The notes beneath the pieces are model-generated. The model searched no databases. It saw only the letters and a program-made list of their open reading frames with translations, and had not been told where the DNA came from. From positions 64,001 through 128,000 of the forward strand of contig JAVZHQ010000001.1 of assembly GCA_038998335.1 (NCBI GenBank): a stretch of DNA of 64,000 bases, given 5' to 3'. Shown here piece by piece: positions 50,065 to 58,992 of this stretch; the stretch's first letter is position 1, and each line of letters begins with the position of its first letter. This DNA is from Candidatus Aenigmatarchaeota archaeon. Lineage in GTDB: Archaea; Aenigmatarchaeota; Aenigmatarchaeia; CG10238-14; SCSR01. The translations under genes were made by a program, and so were the position numbers.

Positions 50065-51377
50065 ACTTCTCCCACCTGCTCTTCCATTCCAGTTACTCCC
50101 TCTAAAGGATATGGTCTTATTCTTGCTATAAGCGAATTTTTTTCTAAGTAACTTTCGGTTATTATTTCAGGATAATTTCCCAAGTTAAAAAAACTTATAA
50201 GAGAGGGCATAGTTACGTTCAAAGTTAAGTTAGAATAAGCAGAGATAGGGAATTTTATGCACCTTACTTCTTCTGGAAATTTGACTTCAAATTCTATCTT
50301 ACCGGTAAGAGTAGAAAACTCCCAAATAGAGTTTGGATTTTCTCTCATTTTTTTGTACATTTCTTCCTCTGTAGGATTTCTTTCATAAACATAATATATT
50401 AGTTCTCCTTTTAGTTTGTCGTTTGCTATTAAAAAAGGAAGCGAAAAAGTGTCAATACCTGTATCCCTTGTTGTCCTCACGTCTGACTTGAGTTCTTCTT
50501 TTACAATTTCAATTCTCTTTTGAGTAAAGTTGTTCGGGCATACTGTTAAGTTTTTTAGCGGAAATGTTGGGTCAAGAATTGAAGAATAATTGATACAAAT
50601 AAATCTATTGATTATAACACGAAAATTAAGCATTTTTGAAACATTTTCATTCCTATAAGTAAGGCTGTCTCTTACTTTTACCGTATTTCCAACAACTTCG
50701 ATATTTAAAGTCTCGTCTTTTAAATAAACTTCTTTACCTTCGTAATACGCTTTACTTGTTAAATTATTTACCCAATTGGAAAGTTCTAAATCTTTAGAAC
50801 TTTCCTTCTCATAATAGTAAGTAGTCCATGCTTCTTTAACTTCACCTTCTTTTCCTGTGAAAATTCGAATAAACTTATGACCTTCTGGAAAAATGAGTTT
50901 ATATTTCTTGTCACCGTTTGTTTTGCTTTGAACTAAAAACCCATAATTGTCGGTTTCTTTACACCATCCCAAAGGTAGTTCATAGTCTGTTAATTTTTCA
51001 AACTTTAAAGTCCCGCCATAATTCCATACCTTAGTAGTAATGTCGTATTCTAAAATCTCTATATTATAAACACCACTAATATTACAAATAACAAACGACC
51101 ATTCGTATGTCTCTTCCTTTGTAGTTTGTTTTATGTCGAATTCTAGAACACTTTCATTTATCGGTATGATAATAGTGGTTATGTCTGGATTTCCATCTTT
51201 ATCCAAGTCTGTCTCGTTCTGTCTTTCGTAGATAAACCATGAATTTTTGTTGTAAGTTCCATGTACTTGGGCTTGTGTAGACGAGTTAATTATAGGTTTA
51301 AATCCAGAAAAAATTAAGAGAGTTATTAGTAGCGAAAAAAAGAAAATTAACATTTTACGCTCCATTTTTACCTCCAT
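50055..51377 (-). CDS. Secreted/membrane-anchored hypothetical protein
   Basis: N-terminal TM, long ORF. Confidence 0.6.
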   Translation of the reverse strand: MEVKMERKMLIFFFSLLITLLIFSGFKPIINSSTQAQVHGTYNKNSWFIYERQNETDLDKDGNPDITTIIIPINESVLEFDIKQTTKEETYEWSFVICNISGVYNIEILEYDITTKVWNYGGTLKFEKLTDYELPLGWCKETDNYGFLVQSKTNGDKKYKLIFPEGHKFIRIFTGKEGEVKEAWTTYYYEKESSKDLELSNWVNNLTSKAYYEGKEVYLKDETLNIEVVGNTVKVRDSLTYRNENVSKMLNFRVIINRFICINYSSILDPTFPLKNLTVCPNNFTQKRIEIVKEELKSDVRTTRDTGIDTFSLPFLIANDKLKGELIYYVYERNPTEEEMYKKMRENPNSIWEFSTLTGKIEFEVKFPEEVRCIKFPISAYSNLTLNVTMPSLISFFNLGNYPEIITESYLEKNSLIARIRPYPLEGVTGMEEQVGEVCM

Positions 51378-51394
51378 TTTTCATTATTATTAAC

Positions 51395-52468
51395 TTAATA
51401 TTCGAATAACTTTAATAGTTTATAAGGTTCTGATTTCTTCAGTATAAATTCGTTGCCATTCTTCTCATACCTTTCCAAAGCTTTTTCTGTAGAAGCATCA
51501 AAAGGTTCAAAATTTTTCACTTCTTTGACAGATAAAGGTAAAGAGACCAGACCAGTTTTTGAATGAACAGAGTAAGGAGCTCTTACCAATCCTAAAGGTT
51601 TCATGCTTGCAGGATCAAGTAATATTTTATCCTCTCTTTCTTCTTTTAGTAAAGTTTCAGAGGTTGTTATTCTTGGAATTTCTTTATCAACTTCTCTTTG
51701 AATTACTCTAACAAAGTCAGAGAATAAGGTGAAATAGTTTCTTTCCCTTTTAGTTTTTCCTCTTAAGGTTAAAGGTTGATAAAATTCAGGAATTTCAAAT
51801 TCTTTTATAAGGCTCCAAATTTGAAAGCCTCTTGACCCTGAAAATTTCATGGCTGGGTTTAAGTCCAATTTTTCAAAAATCTTATAGGTTATTTCTGCTA
51901 CTTCTTTTGTTCTTTCCCAGGAAACTTTTGGTCCTGGATCAATGTCGACAACAAGCCAGTCAGGCTTGTTAATTCCAATTCTGTGAACACAAGGAATCAC
52001 ATCAATATAATGAATGTTGATGAAAAAAAGCAAATCTTTTACAGAATTTAGAACGATTTTTTTGCCTCTAAAATCCCTCCTAAAAAATCGTTTCTCAGTG
52101 AATAATGCGTAAAATCCTACGTATCTATTCTTACAAAATTCAAAAACAGTATCAGCAACGAAAGGATAGTACTGTTTTGCTTTGTAAACAATTACCCAAG
52201 GCTCGTTCACTTTTCTTAAATCTTGTTCAACTTCCTTTATTCTTTTTTCAAAAAATTCTTTCCCTTTTTCTGTTACCCCATAAAGTCCTTTTACTTCTTC
52301 CAAAAAACCTTCCTTTATTAGATTTTTAAGAATTTTTCTAATTTCTTCGTCAGAAAATTTTTTTAGATCACGAGAAACCTTTTCTTTTACGTGATTAAAA
52401 TCAACTCTCTTTCCTACCCCTTTCATGGAAAACATGAGCAAGAGGTAATCTTCAAGTTTGACAGGCAT
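51395..52468 (-). CDS. LigD-type primase-polymerase (AEP) with N-terminal winged helix
   Basis: PDWLVVDIDPG, KFSGSRGFQI, ILLD, RAPYSV...VSLPL; N-terminal LIKEGFL...YGVTEKG. Confidence 0.85.
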   Translation of the reverse strand: MPVKLEDYLLLMFSMKGVGKRVDFNHVKEKVSRDLKKFSDEEIRKILKNLIKEGFLEEVKGLYGVTEKGKEFFEKRIKEVEQDLRKVNEPWVIVYKAKQYYPFVADTVFEFCKNRYVGFYALFTEKRFFRRDFRGKKIVLNSVKDLLFFINIHYIDVIPCVHRIGINKPDWLVVDIDPGPKVSWERTKEVAEITYKIFEKLDLNPAMKFSGSRGFQIWSLIKEFEIPEFYQPLTLRGKTKRERNYFTLFSDFVRVIQREVDKEIPRITTSETLLKEEREDKILLDPASMKPLGLVRAPYSVHSKTGLVSLPLSVKEVKNFEPFDASTEKALERYEKNGNEFILKKSEPYKLLKLFEY

Positions 52469-52502
52469 ATTTTTAAATTATAGCTAGAATATAAATTTTA
52501 TT

Positions 52503-53471
52503 TTGGTTGATGTTATGTACGATGTGATAATAATCGGAGGAGCAGCAGCAGGCTTAACAGCAGGAATTTATGCAGGAAGAAGAAAGCTAAAAACTTTAAT
52601 TTTAACAAAAGATATAGGTGGGCAAGCAAGCTTGGCTTTTCAAGTTGAAAATTACCCAGGCTTTTTAAAAATTCCAGGTTTTGAGTTAATGCAGAAGTTT
52701 TATCAGCAAGCTATAAACTCAGGGGCAGAAGTAATTTTTGAAGAAGTTTTGGAAATAAAAGAAAAGGGAAAGAATTACTTGGTTAAAACGGCAAGCAAAG
52801 AGTACGAAACTAAGGCAGTGATTCTAGCTTTTGGAAAAACCCCTAGAAGCTTGAATGTACCAGGAGAAAAGGAATTTTTGGGAAAAGGAGTTTCTTATTG
52901 TGCAGTTTGTGACTTACCTTTGTTTAAAGGAAAAACTATAGCAATAATCGGAGGAGGAAATTCTGCTCTTGATGCTGCTTTGAACGGAAGTGAGATAGCT
53001 TCAAAAGTCTATTTGATTCACAGAAGGAAAGAGTTTAGAGGTTTTGAAGAGCTTGTTGAAAAAGTAAGGAAAAAGAAAAATGTTGAGTTTGTTTTAGATA
53101 GCGTGGTAAAAGAAATAAAGGGTAAAAAGTTTGTTGAAGCGATAATAGTCAAGAATGTTTTAACAGAAGAAGAAAGAGAAATAAAGGTTGATGGCGTATT
53201 TGTTGAAATTGGTTTTGAAACAAAAATAGATTTTGTAAGAGAGTTGGTAAAAATCGATCAAAACAACCAAATAGTTGTGAACAAAAAATGTGAAACTTTT
53301 TATCCTAATAGCGATAAAATCAGGCCAGGAATTTTTGCAGCAGGTGATTTAACTGACAATCCTTTTAAGCAAATAATTACTTCTGCCGCCGAAGGAGCAA
53401 AAGCAGCTTTACAAGCTTATAATTATATAAAAGGAATTGATGTTCCTGTAACAACTGATTGGGGGCATTAG
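52503..53471 (+). CDS. trxB: Thioredoxin reductase
   Basis: GGAAAGLTAG, GVSYCAVCD, GGGNSA, FAAGD. Confidence 0.93.
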   Translation: MVDVMYDVIIIGGAAAGLTAGIYAGRRKLKTLILTKDIGGQASLAFQVENYPGFLKIPGFELMQKFYQQAINSGAEVIFEEVLEIKEKGKNYLVKTASKEYETKAVILAFGKTPRSLNVPGEKEFLGKGVSYCAVCDLPLFKGKTIAIIGGGNSALDAALNGSEIASKVYLIHRRKEFRGFEELVEKVRKKKNVEFVLDSVVKEIKGKKFVEAIIVKNVLTEEEREIKVDGVFVEIGFETKIDFVRELVKIDQNNQIVVNKKCETFYPNSDKIRPGIFAAGDLTDNPFKQIITSAAEGAKAALQAYNYIKGIDVPVTTDWGH

Positions 53472-53472
53472 T

Positions 53473-54579
53473 ATGATAGAAAAATTTGCAGACGAATTTG
53501 GACCTGAAAAAGTTGTTGAAGTTTATAACCCAAAAGTTGGACTTAAAGGAATTCTTGTGATAGATTCGACAGCCCGCGGCCCAGGAAAGGGAGGAATAAG
53601 AATGACTCCTACAGTAAGCGTGGAAGAAGTTTTTAGGTTAGCAAGGGTAATGACATGGAAAACTGCCTTAGCTGATTTACCTTTTGGAGGAGCAAAGTCT
53701 GGAATAATAGCAAACCCAAAAGAAATTTCTTTAGAAAAGAAAAAAGAATTGCTTTTCGAGTTTGGAAAAGCCTTGAAACCTTTTTGTCCAAAATATTACA
53801 TAGCTGCTCCTGATGTAAACACAGGAGAAGAAGAGATGAGATGGTTTGTTGAAGGTAACGGTTCTTTAAAATCAGCTACAGGAAAGCCAAAGGATTTAGG
53901 AGGCTTACCACATGAGCTTGGTTCAACAGGCTATGGTGTTGCAGTTTCCACTTTGATTGCTTGCAAGCATGCAAGATTAAAAATAAATAATGCAAGAGTA
54001 GCTATAGAAGGTTTTGGCAACGTTGCAACTTTTGCTTTCAAGCATTTAGCTCAGCATGGAGCAAAAATTATAGCAGTAAGCGATAGCAAAGGCTGTATTT
54101 ATGACGAAGCAGGTTTAAACTTTGAAGAATTGCTAAAAGTTAAAAAGGAAACAGGAAGTGTGACAAATTATCAAAAAGGAAAAGTTTTAAAAAACGAGGA
54201 ACTTTTTGGTTTGGATTGTGACGTATTAATTCCAGCAGCTTTATCAGACTCTATAAACGAAAGCAATTATGAGAAAATAAAAGCAAAAATTATAGTTGAA
54301 GCTGCTAATATAGCAATAACAAAAAAAGCAGAGGAAGAGCTTTTTAAAAGAGGGGTTTTAATAGTTCCTGATTTTGTTGCAAACGCTGGAGGAGTAATTT
54401 CTTCTTACGCAGAATATAGAGGTTATGATGAAAACAAGATGTTCAAGCTTGTTGAGAGAAAGATAAAGAAAAACACAAAGCTAGTTTTGAAAAGAGCAAA
54501 AGAAAAGCAAATAAAACCAAGAGAAGCTGCTATGGAATTAGCAAAGGAAAGGGTAAGAGAAGCGATGGAATCAAGATGA
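53473..54579 (+). CDS. gdhA: Glu/Leu/Phe/Val dehydrogenase
   Basis: GPGKGGIR, LPFGGAK, APDVNT, GFGNV, EAAN, PDFVANAGGV. Confidence 0.9.
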   Translation: MIEKFADEFGPEKVVEVYNPKVGLKGILVIDSTARGPGKGGIRMTPTVSVEEVFRLARVMTWKTALADLPFGGAKSGIIANPKEISLEKKKELLFEFGKALKPFCPKYYIAAPDVNTGEEEMRWFVEGNGSLKSATGKPKDLGGLPHELGSTGYGVAVSTLIACKHARLKINNARVAIEGFGNVATFAFKHLAQHGAKIIAVSDSKGCIYDEAGLNFEELLKVKKETGSVTNYQKGKVLKNEELFGLDCDVLIPAALSDSINESNYEKIKAKIIVEAANIAITKKAEEELFKRGVLIVPDFVANAGGVISSYAEYRGYDENKMFKLVERKIKKNTKLVLKRAKEKQIKPREAAMELAKERVREAMESR

Positions 54580-55274
54580 GAATAGCTATAGTCTCACCAC
54601 TAAAAAAGGAAAGAATTTTAAGAGTTGCCAAAAAGTTTGGTTTTGAGATTAGCGATAAGAAACCTGAGCTAGTAGTTTGCTACGGAGGAGATGGAACAAT
54701 ATTGTATGCTGAAAGGGTTTTTCCAGGAATTCTTAAGCTTGTGATAAAAAAGCCTACAAGTGTTTGTAAAAAATGTGAGTATAAGTTGAGCGAGCTAAAC
54801 AAGGTTTTGAGGGAAGTATCAAAAAGGAATTATGAGATAGTAGAAGAAGTGAAGCTTGAAGCTAGGGTAAAAGGAAAAAAGCTTTTTGCTTTAAACGAAA
54901 TTCAACTTCACAATAAAAACCCAGCAAGAGCTATAAAATTTTCTGTTTATGCTGAAGGAAGAAAATTTGAAAACTTGCTTGGCGATGGTGTAATAGTTTC
55001 AACGCCTTATGGTTCAACAGCTTACTATTCTTCAACAGGAGGAAAACCGTTTAAAAAAGGGATCGGAATTTCTTTCAACAATCTGCATAGGAAAAAAATC
55101 AAGAGTTTTGTTATTCCGGAAAATTCTTCGGTAAGAATAAAAGTTTTGAGAGGTCCTGCCTTGGTTTTGGCTGATAATTACGAGAAATTTGTTGAAATTT
55201 TGAAAGGAAGAGTTGAGATTAAAAAAGCAAAAGAAAAGGCAAGGTTTGTGAAGATAAATTTAAATAAAAAATGA
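54576..55274 (+). CDS. nadK: NAD kinase
   Basis: GGDGT, ALNE, DGVIVSTPYGSTAY. Confidence 0.9.
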   Translation: MRIAIVSPLKKERILRVAKKFGFEISDKKPELVVCYGGDGTILYAERVFPGILKLVIKKPTSVCKKCEYKLSELNKVLREVSKRNYEIVEEVKLEARVKGKKLFALNEIQLHNKNPARAIKFSVYAEGRKFENLLGDGVIVSTPYGSTAYYSSTGGKPFKKGIGISFNNLHRKKIKSFVIPENSSVRIKVLRGPALVLADNYEKFVEILKGRVEIKKAKEKARFVKINLNKK

Positions 55275-55285
55275 AATTTTAAATT

Positions 55286-55495
55286 ATGGCAGTAGTCAAA
55301 GTTATTGAAGTTATAGGAAGTTCTGAAAAAAGCTGGGAAGATGCGGTTCAAAACGCTTTAAAAAGAGCGAGCAAAACAGTAAGGAATATAACAGGAATAG
55401 ATGTTTTGGGTTTTAAAGCTGTTGTTAAGGACAATAAAATAGCAGAATACAGAGCCCACATGAAAATTGCTTTTGTAGTTGAGGAGCCTGAATGA
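55286..55495 (+). CDS. Dodecin
   Basis: KVIEVIGSSEKSWEDAVQNA...ASKTVRNI. Confidence 0.92.
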   Translation: MAVVKVIEVIGSSEKSWEDAVQNALKRASKTVRNITGIDVLGFKAVVKDNKIAEYRAHMKIAFVVEEPE

Positions 55496-55728
55496 ACAAG
55501 CAAAAAATACTAGAGATTGTAAGAAAGTGGAAGATAAGCAAAAAACCTGAGTACAGAAGTTTTAGATGTGCTAAGTGTCAAAGAGTAATAAGAAAAGCTT
55601 GGCATGTTTGGTTAGAAAATAAAGGGTTTAAAATAGAGGTTCATTTTTGCAAGAAATGTTTTAAGAATAGGAATAAGTTTTTTAATTTTTATCTTCAGCG
55701 ATACTTGTTTTTACCAGACAAGCATTAG
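55492..55728 (+). CDS. Small zinc-finger protein
   Basis: CAKC...HFCKKC. Confidence 0.6.
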   Translation: MNKQKILEIVRKWKISKKPEYRSFRCAKCQRVIRKAWHVWLENKGFKIEVHFCKKCFKNRNKFFNFYLQRYLFLPDKH

Positions 55729-55743
55729 GAAAAATTTAAATAG
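55728..55743 (+). promoter_or_regulatory. Putative BRE-TATA for the LAGLIDADG-rtcB unit
   Basis: GGAAAAA-TTTAAATA about 25 nt before ATG 55765. Confidence 0.5.
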
Positions 55744-55764
55744 TTATGTTGGCAATTTTAAAGA

Positions 55765-56604
55765 ATGAAATTTAATCAAAGCTTAGCGACTATTCACGCA
55801 TACTTATGCGCAGATGGTTATGTAATAACCAATCCACCTACTCAAAAGCATAAATATTATTATATTGGTTTAAGAAATACGAACGAAATAATTTTACAAG
55901 ATTTTCAAAAGAATTTTGAAAGGGCATTTGGAATAAAACCAATAATTACAAAAGAAAAAGATAGATGCAAAATTCAAAATAAAAATTTATTTTTAAAACT
56001 CACAAAAAACTTTTCATTTTACTCAGATAAGTGGACCATGCCAAAGCTTTCATTAAAAGGATTAAGGTGTTGGTTGAGAGCTTTTTTCGACTGTGAAGCA
56101 TGGGTTAATGTTCAGAAAGGTAAAAGTAGAGTAATAGGATTAGAATCTGTTAACAAAAATGGCCTGGAACAAATTAGAAATTCTTTGCTTAAATTTGGGA
56201 TTAAGGTATCTAATGTAAAAAAAAGGAAGAATAGGAATATTTGGTATATTTACATTTGTGGTAAGGAAAATCTTCTAAAATTCAAAGAAAATATTGGATT
56301 TTTACACCCAAATAAAAACAAAAAACTCTTAGAAGCTATTAATTCATATATAAATTACGAATGGTTGATACCAAGTGAAAGAGAAGAATTTATCAAATTT
56401 GTGAATGATAAAGGGAAGTTAAGAAATGATACAAAAGAAGTTAGATTCTTTTCAATCATCAAAGATAATTTAATAAGATTAAAAGAAGAGTTAATAAAGT
56501 ATGGTATTGATGCAAGGATGTATGGTCCCTGGAAAAATAATAGGGGAAGAATTTATTATTGTTTATCTTTTAAGCAAAAAGAATTAATTAAATTAAGGAG
56601 GTGA
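55765..56604 (+). CDS. Free-standing LAGLIDADG (DOD) endonuclease-like protein
   Basis: IHAYLCADG and WLRAFFDCEA, IGFLHPNK; no Hint motifs; stop overlaps rtcB start (GTGA). Confidence 0.85.
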   Translation: MKFNQSLATIHAYLCADGYVITNPPTQKHKYYYIGLRNTNEIILQDFQKNFERAFGIKPIITKEKDRCKIQNKNLFLKLTKNFSFYSDKWTMPKLSLKGLRCWLRAFFDCEAWVNVQKGKSRVIGLESVNKNGLEQIRNSLLKFGIKVSNVKKRKNRNIWYIYICGKENLLKFKENIGFLHPNKNKKLLEAINSYINYEWLIPSEREEFIKFVNDKGKLRNDTKEVRFFSIIKDNLIRLKEELIKYGIDARMYGPWKNNRGRIYYCLSFKQKELIKLRR

Positions 56605-58076
56605 GAAAGATAAGGCTTAAAGAAAGGTTAAGAAAAATTGGCCCTTGTCTATGGGAATTACCAAGGGAAACAAAGCCGGGAATGAAAGTACCAGCATGGC
56701 TTTTCTTGTCAGAAAAGCTTTTAAGTCAAGTAGAAGAGGGAGCGATAGAGCAGGCAGCCAATGTAGCTTTCTTACCAGGAATTTACAAGCATAGTATAGC
56801 ACTCCCTGATATGCATTTCGGCTATAGCTTATAAAGCGGCTAAGGATTTCCTATCGGGGGGGTTGCAGCTTTAGATTATAAAGAAGGCGGCTTAAGTCCA
56901 GGAGGTATAGGCTTTGATATCAATTGTGGCGTAAGACTTTTGCGTACAAACCTAACATTAGAGCAAGTAAAACCAAAACTTAAGGAATTGCTAGAATCAA
57001 TTTTCCATAACGTTCCTTCTGGTGTTGGCGAAGTTGGAAAAATTAAGCTAAGCTTTTCTGAGCTAGATGAAGTTTTAGTCAATGGAGCAAGATGGGCCGT
57101 TGAAAAAGGTTACGGAACCGAAAAGGATTTGGAGCACTTGGAAGAGCAGGGTTGCATGAAAGGTGCAAACCCAGAAAAAGTTTCTAACGAAGCAAAAAAG
57201 AGAGGAGCTCCTCAGCTTGGTACTCTAGGAGCAGGAAATCATTTTCTTGAAATTCAAATTGTGAATAAAATATTTTTACCAGAAGTTGCGAAAGTTTTTG
57301 GAATAGAAAAGGAAAATCAGATTTGCGTGATGATCCATACCGGAAGTCGTGGATTTGGTCATCAAGTTTGTACTGATTATTTAAGAATTTTGGAATCTAG
57401 GTTTAGAGATGAGCTAAGAAAATTACCTGACCGCGAGCTAGTTTATGCTCCTGCTGGAACTCAAGAATGTGAAGATTATTTTTCTGCAATGGTTTGTGCT
57501 GCAAACTATGCTTGGACTAATAGGCAAATGATTGCTCATTGGGTAAGGGAAAGTTTTGTAAAAGTTTTAGGAATGAAATTGGAAGATATAGGCTTGGAAA
57601 CAGTTTATGATGTGGCTCATAACATAGGGAAAATAGAAGAGCATGAAATAGACGGAAAAAAAGTTAAGGTTTATGTTCATAGAAAAGGTGCTACAAGAGC
57701 ATTTCCTCCTGGGCATCCAGAAATCCCAAGAGATCATCAAAAAGTAGGGCAATGCGTACTTATTCCAGCTAGCATGGCTACCCCTAGCTTCGTTTTAGTT
57801 GGAGCAGAAACCGCAAAAGAAACATTTTACTCTACTGCCCATGGCTCCGGGCGTGTAGAGTCCAGAACAAAAGCACTTAAGCAGATTAGAGGCGAAGAAG
57901 TCTTAAGACAATTGCAACAAAAAGGTATACTAGCTAAGGCCGCCAGCATGAAAGTTCTCGCTGAAGAGAGGCCAGAAGCTTATAAGCTATCGACAGAAGT
58001 TGTAAAAGCAACAGAAGAAGCAGGCATAAGTAAGCGTGTAGTAGAATTGTGGCCTTTAGCTGTGATGAAGGGTTAA
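56601..58076 (+). CDS. rtcB: tRNA-splicing ligase RtcB, join(56601..56825,56844..58076), 485 aa
   Basis: Spliced frame reads PDMHFGY|GFPIGGVAA...DINCGVR...GNHFLE...HTGSRG...VAHN...HRKGATR...AHGSGR; SD GGAGG before GTG. Confidence 0.93.
56826..56843 (+). other. 18-nt BHB intron in rtcB mRNA
   Basis: AGCTTATAAAGCGGCTAA; GGCT/GGCT 4-bp central helix, ATA and AAG bulges, GCTT/AAGC inner stem. Confidence 0.85.
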
Positions 58077-58077
58077 A

Positions 58078-58200
58078 TTACCTAAAAGTTTTGTCAACCC
58101 CCTTGTTCAATTTTTCAGAATGAAATTCACACTCAAAACAGACCCATTCACCTAAAATTTTAGTTAAGCTTTTATTCCCGCAGTTTGGACATTTTCTCAT
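58078..58200 (-). CDS. Small zinc-ribbon protein (40 aa), missing from ORF track
   Basis: MRKCPNCGNKSLTKILGEWVCFECEFHSEKLNKGVDKTFR. Confidence 0.65.
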   Translation of the reverse strand: MRKCPNCGNKSLTKILGEWVCFECEFHSEKLNKGVDKTFR

Positions 58201-58245
58201 ATTAATTTAAATACTCTTGAAAAAGATTAAGTTAAAGGTGAGAAA

Positions 58246-58524
58246 ATGCTCTCTCAAATACCTTTTGAACTTGAGAAAATAAAGAAAGAAGACTTGGAAA
58301 AAGAAATAGCAAGAGTTGGGATGATAGCAGAGCTAGATGCTATAAATTTATACGAGCAACTAGCAGCTGTTTGTGAAGATCAAAAAATGAAGAAAGTCTT
58401 GCTGGATATAGCAAAAGAAGAGAAAACTCATCTCGGCGAGTTTCAAGCCTTGCTTTTAGAAAAAGATGAAGAGCAACAAGAAGAATTGAAAAAAGGAAAA
58501 GAGGAAGTTGAAGAGTTAAGCTAA
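58246..58524 (+). CDS. Ferritin-like protein (encapsulin-cargo/rubrerythrin-like)
   Basis: AELDAINLYEQ, IAKEEKTHLGEF. Confidence 0.85.
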   Translation: MLSQIPFELEKIKKEDLEKEIARVGMIAELDAINLYEQLAAVCEDQKMKKVLLDIAKEEKTHLGEFQALLLEKDEEQQEELKKGKEEVEELS

Positions 58525-58937
58525 ATGTCAAGAATAACTTTTGCTTTCCAAACTTTATTTTTTTTAATTTTTAGCTGGTGATAGGTACAAGCTTTAACGT
58601 GCGTTCTAGTTTCATGCTTATTCTTATCTATGGTTTCGCCTTTGCAAATAGCTTCTAGCTTAAATTTTTTCTCATTAACTTTTACCGAAAATTCAGAAAA
58701 AGCTAAGTTTTCCGAATCAACAAAAACTAGCAAATAATTTAGCCAGTTAAACATTAAAGATTCTAAGTCTGAACCTTCGACCTCAACTTTTCTTTCAATT
58801 TTTGTTTCTATTTGCTTAGTGTTAACCATTACTTCAAACATTGCTAAGGCTGCATTTTCAAACAACTCGTTCAAATCTTTACCATAAGCTTCAAAGGCTA
58901 TGTCTGCTGTTGTTATGTCCAAAAACTTAAACTTCAT
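58521..58937 (-). CDS. Archease (RtcB activator)
   Basis: TADIAFEAYG...LFENAALAM...VKACTYHQL...ILDI. Confidence 0.93.
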   Translation of the reverse strand: MKFKFLDITTADIAFEAYGKDLNELFENAALAMFEVMVNTKQIETKIERKVEVEGSDLESLMFNWLNYLLVFVDSENLAFSEFSVKVNEKKFKLEAICKGETIDKNKHETRTHVKACTYHQLKIKKNKVWKAKVILDI

Positions 58938-58992
58938 ACTTTAAAATTGGTTTTTAAGCTAAAAAATTAAATATTAATACTTTTTAGGCTTA

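Noticed and set aside
56601-58076. rtcB as a pseudogene, as two genes (77 aa + 378 aa), or as stop-codon readthrough
   Set aside because: Both halves are in one frame, all catalytic motifs are intact and the insertion matches BHB cut geometry exactly. The stops are UAA (not Sec/Pyl), and readthrough would add six residues inside a conserved motif.
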